A stretch of 64,000 bases of DNA, taken from NCBI GenBank assembly GCA_951406725.2, contig OX597829.1, positions 15,996,001 through 16,060,000 on the forward strand, in the 5' to 3' direction. The stretch is from Octopus vulgaris (lineage: Eukaryota). The notes under the pieces are model-generated. The model had not been told where the DNA came from. It saw only the letters and a program-made list of their open reading frames with translations, and did no database searches. This document shows positions 42,385 to 56,340 of this stretch, one piece after another (position 1 is the stretch's first letter; the number at the start of each line of letters is the position of its first letter). A program made the position numbers and the translations under genes.

Positions 42385-43830
42385 AAGTTTTATGGTTCGC
42401 CCCCCAGCCTCGCTTCTTCCTTAATGTTGGGATAAATTTAGGTAGAAGATTCTTGCACTTAATAGATATTCACTTCCCAAGAACCCATTATTACAATAAA
42501 AATCTTTAACAGACACGCAATAAAAGTTACCTTTTCTTGTCCTCCAATGTTAAGTCATATACCTATTTCTTTATTACCCACAAGGGGTTAAACACAGAGG
42601 GGACAAACAGGGTCAGGCAAACGGATTAAGTCGATTACATCGACCCCAGTGCGTAACTGGTACTTAATTTTTCGACCCCGAAAGGATGAAAGGCAAAGTC
42701 GACCTCGGCGGAATTTGAACTCATAACGTTACGACAGACGAAATACCTATGTCTTTACTACCCACAAGGGGCTAAATACAGGGGAACAAACAGGGACAGA
42801 TAAACGGATTAAGTCGATTATATCGACCCCAGTGCGTAACTGGTACTTAATTTATCGACCCCGAAAGGATGAAAGGCAAAGTCGACCACGGCGGAATTTG
42901 AACTCAGAACGCAGCGGCGGACGAAATACCGCAAAGCATTTCTCCCGGCGTGCTAACGTTTCTGCCAACTCGCCGCCTTTGTTAAGTCATATACCAGTAA
43001 GCAACGGACGGCTTTAGCCTACTCCAGCGAACTACGACTGTAGTAGAACAGATATCACACGTTATATCGGAGCCGTAGAAGGTAAATTTTAATCCAGATA
43101 TAACAACCATCCTTTTGGATTTTAAGTATCGTGATAAGAGACATTCAACAATCATTTCGGTTTTAATCTGGAAACTTAAAGACGAATAGACCAGTTTCGA
43201 CATCAAATGAAAAATCCTCTCCAAATCCAGACCCTATATAAACGAGTCAAAAATTGTTCAGTGTGTTTTCTTGAAAACTTATGTTTCTTAAAGAATTTGA
43301 GAACCTCCAACGAATAAATAAATTCGAGGAACAAGATTTTCATTTCAAGAAACACATCTTGTCAGAATTTAAAAGTAGGCTACCAGACTCTTTGTAAACC
43401 ATTAACATCTGGTTTATGTCTGCCTGACATCGAATTATTGTAACGTTGGTTATCTCTTTTGTGTTGTTCTTCTTGTCTTCATTACAGGCGTCTCTAGTTT
43501 AAATATCATCTACTCAAAAGACAACTGACAAACGGTCTTGTTTTCAATTTGATAACCGGCGAAATAAATTATTTCGACCAGGAAACCTGGGTAGTTGTAT
43601 TTACGTCACCTGATAAGGGTCCTGTACACTGGGAGATGCATCTGGTACATTTCATCGTTCCCTATCCATCAGGGAGCAGTGAAGAAGGCAACCGAAATTG
43701 TTGTTGTGCTAAATAAAGCTTTTTGTTACACTCCGTCTCCCGTATCAATCATTATTAAAATAACTGATGAAATGCCGGAGCAGACTTCAGCCCCGGCATC
43801 CGAAGCTTTGAGTTTTATTATGACAACCAA
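42385..43830 (+). mobile_element. Penelope-like element 3' part (GIY-YIG region plus terminal region with degenerate hammerheads), interrupted by a SINE dimer
   Basis: NVGINLGRRFLHLIDIHFP...IFNRHAIKVTFSC; IWKLKDE...IK*KILSKSRPY...CSVCFLE. Confidence 0.82.
42564..42979 (-). mobile_element. Family A SINE dimer with 16-bp TSD
   Basis: TSD TGTTAAGTCATATACC at 42548 and 42980. Confidence 0.93.
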
Positions 43831-43846
43831 CTAATAGTCACATATG

Positions 43847-43887
<41 letters not shown>

Positions 43888-43917
43888 AAAATATGGCAAA
43901 GTAAAAAAAATATGATA

Positions 43918-43953
<36 letters not shown>

Positions 43954-44243
43954 TGTATGTATGTATGTATGTATGTATGTATGTATGTATGTATGAAGGC
44001 TTGTATATATGTATGTGTACATATGAATATATTCATACATATATACTGACGAAGCTTAATAAGCTAGAAATACGTTTTTGATAATGTTATCACTGCTGCT
44101 AGAAGATTTTCAACTGGTTCTGATATAAACTCGTGTTTTTTAACACTAAACATTTATACAAGATGCTTTCTCGCGATCAATACAGTAGTTTATATAACTT
44201 TCAAAATATATCTTCCTTAAGTATACTATACATATTCCTATTT

Positions 44244-44656
44244 ATTTCCTTCCCACAAGGGGCTAAACACAGAAAGGACAAACAAGGACAGACAAACGGA
44301 TTAAGTCGATTATATCGACCCCAGTGCGTAACTGGTATTTATTTAATCGACCCCGAAAGGATGAAAAGCAAAGTCGACCTCGGCGGAATTTGAACTCAGA
44401 ACGTAGCGGCAGACGAAATACCTATGTCTTTACTACCCACAAGGGTCTAAACACAGAGGGGACAAACAAGGACAGACAAGGGGATTAAGTCGATTATATC
44501 GACCCCAGTGTGTAACTGGTATTTATTTAATCGACCCCGAAAGGATGAAAGGCAAAGTCGACCTCGGCGGAATTTGAACTCAGAACGTAGCGGCAGACGA
44601 AATACCGCTAAGTATTTCGCCCGGCGTGCTAACGTTTCTGCCAGCTCGCCGCCTTA
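44244..44656 (-). mobile_element. Family A SINE dimer with 19-bp TSD
   Basis: TSD ACTATACATATTCCTATTT at 44225 and 44657. Confidence 0.93.
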
Positions 44657-44789
44657 ACTATACATATTCCTATTTTGTACTATGCATGCATGCATGTATG
44701 TATGCATGCATGCATGTATGTATGCATGCATATATGTCTGTGTCTATGAACGTATGTATATATGCTTGTATGTATGTACGTCTGTATTT

Positions 44790-45400
44790 GTGAAGGGGAT
44801 TGGCTTAGTGGCTACGGTATTCGGTTCACAATTGTAAGATAACAAGTTCGATTCCCGGCGGTATGTTGTATGTATGAGCAAGACATTTTATTTCGTGTTC
44901 CTCCAGTCCACTCAGCTGGCAAAAATGAATTGTACCAGTAATTCAAAAAGGGGCCAGCCTTGTCACATTGTTCGTCACACTGAATCTCCCTGAAAACTAC
45001 GTTACGGGCACGCATGCTTGAAGAGTATTTGTTTGTTCCTTCTCAAGACACGCCTGGCTCATAAGGGCCGGTTTCCCGGTTTCCTTGGCGTATAGGTTCC
45101 CCACCTGGACGGGACTCCGGTCCGTCGCAGGTGAGCTGTAAGATGCAGGAGGAAAGAGTGAGAGAAAGTTGTGGCGAAAGAGTCAGCAGAAGTTCGCCAT
45201 TACCTTCTGCCGGAGTCGCATGGTGCTTAGGTGTTTCGCTCATAAACACACACATCGCCCGGTCTGAGATTCGAACCCACGATCCCTCGACCGCGAGTCC
45301 GCTGCTCTAACTACTAGGCCATGTGCCTCCACTTGAAGAGCATTTGCATGTTAATTTGATGACCAGGCTGTTCGGTTTATCGAATCAACTGGAACACTCG
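44790..45400. mobile_element. Family D SINE (+) with nested family C SINE (-, 45032-45331)
   Basis: TSD CTTGAAGAG(T/C)ATTTG at 45017 and 45332. Confidence 0.85.
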
Positions 45401-45472
45401 TTCTCATAACTGATGGAGGGCCAGTATATAAATATATATATATATATATATATACATATATGTATGTGTTTC

Positions 45473-45525
<53 letters not shown>

Positions 45526-46071
45526 AGAGAGAGAAGAGAGAACGTGTGAGTATTATGAAACTTTCAATGTTTCTGGGAAAAAAATTACCACACTTATCCA
45601 CAAGAACAGCCGTAAATATATATTTTTTTTTTATAAAATGTTAATAACGGAAAGTTGTACTGAGAGCATTCTAATATCAGGATGCTAATAAATGTTTACG
45701 GAAACACGTGTCTGTCTGCGCGTGTTGTGTGATATATACACATACACACACACGCATATGTATGTATGTATGATGTATGTATGTGTGTGTATGTATGTAT
45801 GTGTGTATGTATGTATGCATGTATGCATGTATGTATGTATGTGTGTGTATGTATGTATGTATGTATGTGTGTATGTATGTATGCATGTATGCATGTATGT
45901 ATGTATGTGTGTATGTATGTATGCATGTATGTATGTATGTATGTATGTGTATACATGTATATATGTATAAACACACTCACATACATGCACACACATACAC
46001 ATACATACTAACATACATATATATATATACATGTATATGCATATATATTTATATGTAAATGTATATATATA

Positions 46072-46112
<41 letters not shown>

Positions 46113-46548
46113 GTATGTATACGTATGTGTATATTCATATATATTTACATGTATATACATACATACATACTTACATATATATATACATACACACACACAT
46201 ACACACATATATGCATGTATGTATGTATACATATATATATGTGTGTGAGTCTGTGTGTGTGTGTGTGTATACACAAACGCCTTTAATGTCTTCATAAAAC
46301 CAACCCATTGCACAGGAGAGGTCATTGGTGTATAAAAGTTAGATGAGATGTGTTTAACCTTATTCTTCTCTTTTTCTTTCCATCCATTTTTTCCTTTTTT
46401 TTTTTCTCTTGTTATCTATCCATTTATTTATTTCATATCAATCATTATTTTACTCGCCTTAATTAATCAAACCAGGAAAAAAAATGTTGTTGTAACCGTT
46501 GTTGTCGTGGTTGTTATTGCAGCCGTTCTTGTGGTTGTCACTGATATA

Positions 46549-46609
<61 letters not shown>

Positions 46610-48061
46610 GTTGTTGTTGTTGTTTGTATTTTCTTACAACCCCCCCAAAAAAAGAAGCTATCACAGAATTATGTATAAAACGTCTGATAGACATGTTGAA
46701 GTGTTATCGCTACAGTTTGCGCTTCAGATTTTTACAGGAAAAATAATTAAAACTTTTTCTTAAAGTTTTGCATATTCACAAATAAATGAAACACCACATA
46801 AAAAGTAATACATCCGTGTGTGTGTGTGTGTGTGTGTACGTGTGTGTGTGTATGTATCCGTGTGTGTGTGTGTATGTATCCGTGTGTGTGTGTGCTTGTG
46901 TATATATGTGCGTGTATCTATTTGCGTAGATGTAGATGTGTGCATACATGTACGCACACACACACACACACACACATATATACATATATGTAGGCATGTG
47001 TGTGTGTGTGTGTGTGTGCATGTGTGTGTGTGTGCCTGTGTATATGTGTGTGTGTGTATCTATTTGCGTATATGTAGATGCGTGCATACATGTACGCACA
47101 CACACACATATATACATATATGTAGGTGTGTGTATACACGTGTGTGTGCGTGTGCGTGTGTATATATGTGCGTGTATCTATTTGCGTATATTTAGATGTG
47201 TGCATACATGTACGCACACACACACACACATATATATATACATACATGAAGGCATGATGTGTGTGAATGTGTGCATGTGTGCATATGTATGTGTTTGTGA
47301 ATGTGAATGTGTGTGTATCGATTTGCGTAAATGTAGAAGTGTGTATATATGTATGCTTACACACACATACATATATATGTACATGTATGATGCGTGTGAG
47401 CGTGTGTGTATGTGTGTATTTGTGGATGTGTGTACATGTGCGTGTATGTGTGTGCGTATTTGTGAATGTCCATGATGTGTCTATGTGTGTGCCTGTGTAT
47501 ATGTGTGTGTATTTATTTGCGTATATGTAGATGTGTGCATATATGTATGCAGACACACACATATAAATATACGCACATGTATGCAAGTGTTTTGCGTGCA
47601 TGTGTGTTTGTGTGTTTGTGAATGTCTGTGCATGTGTGTGTATGTGTGTGCATGCGTGTGTATGCGTGTGTGCGTGTATCTGTATATGCTTGTGTATATA
47701 TATGTGTGTGTATTTGCATATATGTACATGTGTGCATATATGTATGCACACACGCACATACATATATACCTACATGCATTCATGTGTGTATGCATGTGTG
47801 TATGTGTATGTATGTGTGTGTGAGTGCCTGTGCGTTCCAAATGGAGCATAAGTCATACGAGTGGCTGTGTGGTTAAGACGTTTGCTCTTTTGAAAATGGA
47901 TGATTCCAACTTTGATCCTATGCCTGGTGTGCGTGTGGGTGTGCGTGAATGTTTGTATGTGTGTAAATGCAAGTGTGTATGTAAGTGCATGTATGTAGAG
48001 AAAGAACCGGTTCCTAACCTAGATCCAAGGCTCTATGATTGGAATTTCAACATCAACAAGT

Positions 48062-49272
48062 TATGTATGTATGTATGTATGTATGTATGTATGTATGTAT
48101 GTATGTATGTATGTATGTATGTATGTATGTATGCATGCATGCCTGCATGCATGCATGCATGTATGTATGTATGTATGTATGTATGTATGTATGTATGTGT
48201 GTATGTGTGTATGTATGTATGTATGTATGTATGTATGTGTGTTTGTGTGTATGTGTGTATGTATGTATGTATGTATGTATGTATGTATGTATGCATGCAT
48301 GCATGCATGTATGCACGCATGTATGTATGTATGTATGTATGCATGCATGTATGTATGTATGTATGCATGCAGGCATGTATGCATGTATGTATGTATGTAT
48401 GTATGCATGCATGCATGCATGTATGCATGCATGTATGTATGTGTGCATGTATGTATGTATGTATGTGTGTATGTATGTATGTGTGTATGTATGTATGTAT
48501 GTGTGTGTGTATGTATGTATGTATGTATGTATGTATTTATGTATGTATGTATGTATGTATGTATGTATGTATGTATGTATGTATGTATGCATGCATGTAC
48601 GTATGTATGTATGTATGTATGTATACATGCATGCATGCATGTATGCATGCATGTATGTATGTATGTATGTATGCATGCATGCATGTATGTATGTATGTAT
48701 GCATGCATGCATGTATGCACGCATGTATGTATGTATGTATGTATGCATGCATGCATGCATGCATGTATGTATGTATGCATGCATGCATGCATGCATGTAT
48801 GCATGCATGTATGTATGTATGTATGTATGTATGTATGTATGTATGTATGTGTGTATGTATGTGTGTGTATGTATGTATGTATGTATGTATGTATGTATGT
48901 ATGTATGTATGTATGTATGTATGTATGTATGTATGTATGTATGTATACATGCATGCCTGCATGCATGCATGCATGCATGTATGCATGCATGTATGTATGT
49001 ATGTATGTATGCATGCATGCATGTATGTATGTATGTATGTATGTATGTATGTATGCATGTATGTATGTATGTATGTATGTATGTATGTATGTATGTATGT
49101 ATGTATGTATGTATGTATGTATGTATGTATGTATGTATGTATGTATGTATGTATGTATGAATGTATGTATGTATGTATGTATGTTTGTATGTATGTATGT
49201 ATGTATGCATGCATGCATGTATGTATGTATGTATGTATGTATGTATGTATGTATGTATGTATGTATGTTTAT
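48062..49272. repeat. 1.2-kb (TATG)/(CATG)/(TGTG) mosaic microsatellite
   Basis: Seen directly; it is the source of the 373-498 aa spurious ORFs. Confidence 0.99.
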
Positions 49273-49399
49273 GTGCAGAGTAGTATGTTTTGCTTTATAT
49301 ATGTATTCTCATACATATAGTTACATATCTACACATGCTCATATATATTCAAATGATAAACTTCTAGATAGTTTCTACAGATTTTTACAGTTCCAATGA

Positions 49400-51118
49400 T
49401 GGATTGGATCCGTAGTCTTTGAGTGAGCTTTCTCCTTTCTGGTTTTGAGAAGCCTATTTCTCAAGATTGGTATTTAGGCAGTGTGTTACATATCCCAGGG
49501 CTCCAATAATTGCAGGTATAAACCTGAACTGCAGATTTCTCAATAGTTCAGCGTAGGTGTTCTCTTTTTCATTGACTTTCAGCTTTATGCTAACATCCGC
49601 TGGGCAGCTGATTACCACAACTGTACACAGTTGCTCTTCTCTGTCCCAAATCATTATATCAAATCTATTATGCTTACATTTTATTGAGGTTTTCACTGGG
49701 ATATTCTACCAGTACTCGTTTTTATTATGAATGGCCATGGCTTCTATCATACTGAGGGTTCTTATTTCTTTGTCCTTGAGATTATCCTTTCAACAGATCT
49801 CGTTATTCGGTGTCTCATCGGTAGATAATACCGTGATGACATTTTCGGACAACTGCTTATGATGTGCGTGATACCTTCGGTGTTAACTCTACAAATCTGC
49901 ATCGGTTGTCACATTTTTTACTACTTTTCCTGCATCTATGTCTCTTTTGAGCATCAGGTATTTGGTTGATGTACCTGGATTGCAAACGCATACCCTTCAA
50001 AGTGAGAAATAGTAATCTTTTTGTTCGTCCATGATAAACTGCTTTGAGGATCGCTGTTATTATCATTACGGAGCTTTCTACTAACACATCCATGCATAGT
50101 CTTCTGCTCATATATGCTTATCCTTTCATCTGATGATATGTTGCGGTAGAGTTGTGCGACTTCGCTGGGCATGCATTTAAGGTTATCAGACAAAGAGTGT
50201 TGCTCAAGGAGCTACCTTCCAAGTCTTATGATGTTATCAGCCTCATGTATGCAAACTTGGTTAAGGGATGCACTTCGCTTCGACACTTGGGAGTAAAAAG
50301 ATGTAGCCGAAGAGATATGATACGACATTGAAAGGCATTTTAGATCGATGTTAAGCGTCTGCCGTCTTGTTTTCGTTTTAGGTAGAGGTGGTCTACGTCA
50401 CTGTTTATGTGGAAATTATGTGTATTTTTCGGGTTTTCACATCAATTGTTCGGATCTCATTAAACGTCCAGTCAAGTAGCCCAGCTGTTGGTGTGAATAC
50501 TGGCACTACCAACACATTGTGGGCCACTGTTTTATTGAATGCTGCGAGTTCTGAGGTCCATTTTTCTTTATTCTGCTGTAATATTCTTTAGTGACACATG
50601 TTTTCTTACAAGTGCCATTGTAAGATATATATTTTTATTCACCCCTAGATACCTGTAACATCCCCCGTCAGATATAGAGGAAAGAGTTAAATAATTGATG
50701 TAGATAGATTTCTGGTTTATAGTTTTCCTCCTTTTCACAACCATATAACAACATTTATCCTGACCAAACTCCAACCCTATATCTTTTGAGAATGTTGTAA
50801 CCAGTCAAGGTTCTTTTTCCTCCCGTGCATATTCTTTCCATAAATTTTCAAGACATCCACAAAGGAACAGTGTTTAATTTTTGTCCTTCTGTTTCCCTGT
50901 GAATCAGAGAGAAATCCTTCAAGCTTCCTCAACATGAATGACAAGGGTTTACAGAAAGTATAAACAATATCACAGAGAGGCTGTCTCCTTGGAATATGCC
51001 TCTGCGATATTGCATTCTATGTAACAATACAGTCACTCCTTGTGCATAATTTCAAGATGGTGGCCCACGATGAAGCCAGGTCAGCATTGGCTTTGACTAT
51101 GCTCACTGGATCTTTGAC
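49400..51118 (-). mobile_element. Decayed R4/Dong-like LINE (RT through RLE)
   Basis: IFQGDSLSVILFILSVNPLSFML, FSKDIGLEFGQDKC, YRYLGV, EGYAFAIQ, KHNRFDIMIWDREEQLCTVVVISCP, PAIIGALG. Confidence 0.88.
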
Positions 51119-51246
51119 ATGTATGTATGTATGTATGTATGTATGTATGTATGTATGTATGTATGTATGTATGTATGTATGTATGTACGTACGTAAGTAT
51201 GTAGGTATATATATGGAGAAACAAAGAACGGAGATCACGGCATTAC

Positions 51247-51440
51247 GAGCTGGCAGAATCGTTAGCACGCCGGGCGAAATGCGTAGCCGTATTTCGTCTG
51301 CCGTTACGTTCTGAGTTCAAATTCCGCTGAGGTCGACTTTGCCTTTTATCCTTTCGGGGTCGATATAATCGACTTAATCCGTTTGTCTTTCCTTGTTTGT
51401 CCCCTCTGTGTCTTACTACCCTTGTGGGTAGTAAAAAATA
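51247..51440 (+). mobile_element. Family A SINE (tail A, internal deletion)
   Basis: TSD GGCATTAC at 51239 and 51441. Confidence 0.87.
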
Positions 51441-52899
51441 GGCATTACATTTATGAATCAATTTCGATCATTTCGGTAATTGGTAGAATTGTTACATCAA
51501 GCAAAGTGGAAGGTTATATAAATAAAATTTTGTAAAAGCCACCGACAGTAAATGAACATTTTTCACTAACATCTCAGAAACGTACATAGCCAAATTTGGT
51601 TAAACAAATGAGAAGGGGTCACTTGGATCATCATAGTAAAAAATTAAAAAGCAAGTCATCACTCTGACAAAGAAATTGCCAGGAGCTACGAAGACAAAGT
51701 ATCGTCTTAGTTCCACTGGCTAGATTTAGGAATCGATTGTAAGCCACGAAGATGACTAAATGACTGAATATGAGAAATGAAAGATTAATCATATACGCTT
51801 ATATACTAGTGGAGAGATAAGTTGATTAAGGGATATAATAGAAATGTTCAAAGAGATGATAGCTTACTACTAAATTCTTAGAAGTGTAATTAATATGAGG
51901 AAGAGAAGTATAAAGAGAAAAATCAGGATAAAGACTTGAAAAGATAAGTAGAAGGAATTACAATAAAGGTATAGAATAAATCTATAAGAGTGTCACAAGA
52001 ATTATGGCTGGATATCATTTGATCACTTACAGTTGAAATCAAATAAATACATTAGTTAAGGAATAAATGATTAGCTACATGGGAAATAATTTATGCAGGA
52101 AGTATTAAGAAATGCTGAACATCTTATATTGAATCACCTATGATAAAACTGGGGCACCAGAAATGGTACGAACGCCATGGAATTTTCAAGAATGTTTTAT
52201 TGAATTAGTGAAAACAAAGGATCAATAATTCGTTATGCTTGTTAATTTGATCTGACTTTACACTTGAAAACTTCAAATACTTCCATAGAATATAAGTTAC
52301 ACCACCCCGACCTCTTTGTATGGAAGTGCTGTACGTATAATTAACCATGAAATTGAGAAATCAATATTCCTCTCTTTAAGAGCCCAGATGAATATGGGAA
52401 GTGAAGTGCAAAAAGTTTTATTTTATTACTAAAGAAATGCATATGAATGTACACTCTAAACTTGAAATTAGATGGCGTGGTACTTTGTAATAATAAACTT
52501 AATCGGGTGTTTTAACAGAGCATTTATATATTAAATTACATCTAAAACACTGGTTATTTTGATCCCTACAGTTACACTATTAGGTTTATTATCAGAAGAG
52601 GCATTTGGTATTATTCTTATGGTTGGGAGAGGACAACAAAGAACTCATATTATTTATACTAGACAGAGACATATAATTTACAGAAGACCTAAAGTTATAT
52701 TTACAACATGAAAAATTGAGACCCTTTCGGTCACGACACAGACCGTGGGATTGCACCTAGAAAGTTACCCTTCCAGGCACAAGTCCGAGCAAGGTTGTTT
52801 ATAGAAGACCAGCAGTCGCCCATGCATACCGGCCTCCCCTCTTCACGCCATCATGTGGTTGTTAAGTAAGCTACTTACCACACAGCCACTCCTACGCCT

Positions 52900-53175
52900 A
52901 TATATGATGGCCGTCCACTCGTGACCGAGGAAGACCATTGCCGACCTTCAGGAACATTGGATTAACTTGGATTAAATTGTATTTTGCATTTGCGGCTCCG
53001 TTGGTGGCTAATGAGCCCTGCTCTTGACAAGCATACACGACTGCAAACATTGCAGACCAAGCTTTCGCCATTCACTATACGAGCCGTGCGCTTTCGCGCA
53101 GCTCGCTTAAGTTCTTCATGCTGGATACGTGCTCTCTCAAAAGTGTCGGTCCCCTCCTTAACCTGCTTAACCTGC

Positions 53176-53178
<3 letters not shown>
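52900..53178 (-). mobile_element. RTE-clade LINE 3' end with zinc finger
   Basis: VKEGTDTFE...LKRAARK...LVCNVCSRVCLSRAGLISHQRS. Confidence 0.8.
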
Positions 53179-53206
<28 letters not shown>

Positions 53207-53220
53207 CATACATACATACA

Positions 53221-53737
53221 TGGTGGCTGCCCCCTCGTTATCGAGTATGGCTATTTCACGAAGCTTAATCAATGTTGTTATCGTGCAATGCCTGTGCAAG
53301 AAGATTTTTTTAAGTGAGGAAAGGCTGTGCACTGAGTCAATCCCACTCACTAAGCAACAGCAGCCATAATCCGAAAAGAAGAACTAGTCAACATCATCGG
53401 TAACCACTGAGCCGCAGGTTTTATGTCGGAGTTATCCCAGTTACCTGAGTTACCTTCTCCTAGAGGGATGCCCTAACAAAGGCTAGGAGTCCTTCACTCC
53501 CAATGGTTCAACCGCGCGATCGGGTATTCAGTCCGATTATTTCTGTCTCCGCGCATGATACAGCCTTAAGGCATTTATTGGATGGCCGTTGACTCTCAAG
53601 AGTTCCTCCGCCCTTTGATGGGCTTTGTTTTTCATCCAGCAGGGTGTCCAATAAACATCCTCCTCACCAAGCAAGCTTGGTGGGGTTGCCGGTTTAGTCG
53701 CCAACGACCCGACCATGCAACAGGTTGTACTGGGTTA
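53221..53737 (-). mobile_element. Non-autonomous RTE-derived element (5'-UTR-like part joined to RTE 3' end) within (ATGT)n
   Basis: Contains CTAGGAGAAGGTAACTC (RTE 5'-UTR-like); its 3' 45 nt are 41/45 identical to 29196-29240. Confidence 0.65.
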
Positions 53738-54240
53738 CATACATACACACACACATACATACATACATACATACATACATACATACATACATACATACAT
53801 ACATACATACATACATACATTGTCCTGAGTATGACATTAAACTGCATTCGGTGTTGAGGGTCAAGTTTGGAACTTCTGGAGTTGGGGGTAATGTGGAGTC
53901 TTCCTTCAATTGCCATTACTCCCAGGTCCATTTTGACCCGAGCAGTAGTACATGTCAGAATTTCGTTTCAATTATTGATTAAATAGATTCTTGTGACATT
54001 CAATTGATTTCCTTAGCTGTGAAGCAATCAAACTTGAAAAAAGAAAACTCCAAATTTAATATCCTTTTCCAACATGCCTTAAGCCCGTACAGAAGAGTAT
54101 GGCTAATGGCGACGAGCTGGCAGAAACGTTAGCATGCCGGGCGAAATGCTTAGCGGTATTTCGTCTGCCGTTACGTTCTGAGTTCAAATTCCGCCGAGGT
54201 CGACTTTGCCTTTCATCCTTTCGGGGTCGATTGAATAAGT

Positions 54241-56340
54241 ATGTCTTTTCGTCCGACGTCACTTCGTCAAATATCTTTTTGTCCACGTCATTTGGTCCGA
54301 CGTCTTTTTGTCCAATGATTCTTTTTATCCAACGAATTTTTGTCCAATTTTTTAATAAGCTCTTTCGAAAACAAGGTGAAATATCTCTAATGATATATTC
54401 ACAGAATTATAACCAGCCTCGTTATAGGATTGTTATTATCATTCTTTTTCCTTCTTTGTAAACAGTTTTACGCTTTCATTTTCCTTCTCTCTCTTAAGTA
54501 TGGTGCTGTGTACAGAGAGTGCTGCGAATTTAGTGTACACATTATTAATTTACCCATCCCGAAATGACAAAGTTCATAGCATCGACCAAAAACAAAAGAA
54601 AAGTAATTGATGAAGTGGTGAAAGATGGAAAAATGAGCTTTGAGAAGAGACAGGTAAAAGCACGTCTTGTCTTTAGGAAAGAAGTGGAAGAAAGAGAAAA
54701 CTTTATATCCTACTAAATGTGGGTATATTATAAGAAAGCCATAATACTGCAGAAAGCAATTACGATTTTCATTCAAGAAATTCAAAACTAGGAAAAGAAT
54801 GCTGAAGATGTGAGAAAAGAAAGCTGTGTTCACTGTAAATTCACACGGTAACGGAAAAGAATGAGTCGAAAATGATTTATTTTTCTAGTTAACATCTTCA
54901 TCCAGCTGATATAGATTCATTAAATGCTAGAAAAGCAGTTGCAGAAATAAAGCATGATGCTGTTAAAAACATAGCAGCAAGTTCGCGTAGCATAATAATG
55001 GCTAAGTTTACGCAGCCAGTAGAAAATACTGCGAGCTGGCAGAAACGTTAGCATGCCGGGCGAAATGCGAAACCGTATTTCGTCTGCCGTTACGTTCTGA
55101 GTTCAAATTCGACTTTGCCTTTCATCCTTTCGGGGTCGATAAATTAAGTACCAGTTACGCACTGGGGTCGATGTAATTGACTTAATCCCTTTGTCTGTCC
55201 TTGTTTGTCCCCTCTATGTTTAGCCCCTTGTGGACAATGAAGAAATAAGAAAATACTTGCTCTCAACTACCTCATTTGCATGTACTTTGAAGGACCATTC
55301 AAAGGTGCCAACAAAAACATTCTAGATTTCCCTCTAATCCAAGGGTTAGAAGTGATTTTGAAATACCTGAAGAAGATTGTAAATTTGATAATAACGAACA
55401 GCTCCTGCGATATGATTCAGGTATCGATAGCACATACTAGTATTTGCATCAGAAAGTGCTCTTCAGGATATGGCATAATATTGTCATTGGTCTTGTGATG
55501 GAACGTTCAAAATTGTGTCAGAACAGTGGTTTCGACTGTTTAGTATTCAAGTACAAGTTAAAGGGAGTAGTTTTCCATAGGTTTTTGCATTACTGCCAAA
55601 GCAGACATACAAATTATTTTTCGAGCAATTGAAAATTATGCAACCTAATGCATATCTGCTTCGTTTCATGACAGATTTTGAAGTTGCAGTTCGTTATGCA
55701 TTTAATTCATCATTCGTTAATTCATCTATCGAGGCATATTTGTTTCATTTGAGCCAATCGAAAAATTACAGGTTTAGGCCTCAAAGAAAAATACAACAAA
55801 GACTCTGAATTCTGTCTTAAAATTCGATGTTTTTTAGCATTAGCCTTCCTGCTGGTTGAAGATGTCGAAGAGGTCTATGGAGAATTAATAGACGATGAAG
55901 AAATACCTGCTTACCTCATTGCTTACTTTGACTTAACTTACATAGGTCTCGTGAGAGGATGTGATGCTAGACGAAGGAGAGAACCACCTACATTCCCAAT
56001 AGCTGTATTGAATGTTAATCAGCATATTCTTCAAGACCATCCCAGAGCAAATAATGCTGCTGAGATGTTTCATTCTGAGAGGTTTCATTCGGCAGGTGGA
56101 GCACATTTGAATATTTGGAAATTAATCAAAACTCTGAAGGAAGAGGAAGGGTTTGTTCAACGTAAAATGACTAAAATTCTTCAAGGAGATCTATCAAATT
56201 CAAGTACACGATATCAAAGAATTACTGAACGCCTCAAAAAATTGGTGATTGAATATGGGTCAACAAGAAAAATTGATTTTTTGAAGAGTGTGTCATATAA
56301 TTTGCATCAACTTTAAGCGATCGTAATAAATCATTAGTTT
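54241..56340 (+). pseudogene. Decayed Mutator (MULE) transposon with SINE insertion at 55031-55247
   Basis: ~15-bp subterminal repeats at 54241-54347; DGTFKIVSEQWFRLFSIQ, FALLPK, FMTDFEVAV, YLFHLSQS, LALAFL, YFDLTYIG, PRANNAAE; SINE TSD AGAAAATACT. Confidence 0.87.

Noticed and set aside
47824-49399. ORFs of 373-498 aa (MYVC/HTYI repeats) and similar ORFs across the window
   Set aside because: They are translations of stop-free microsatellites open in several frames on both strands, so they are not genes.
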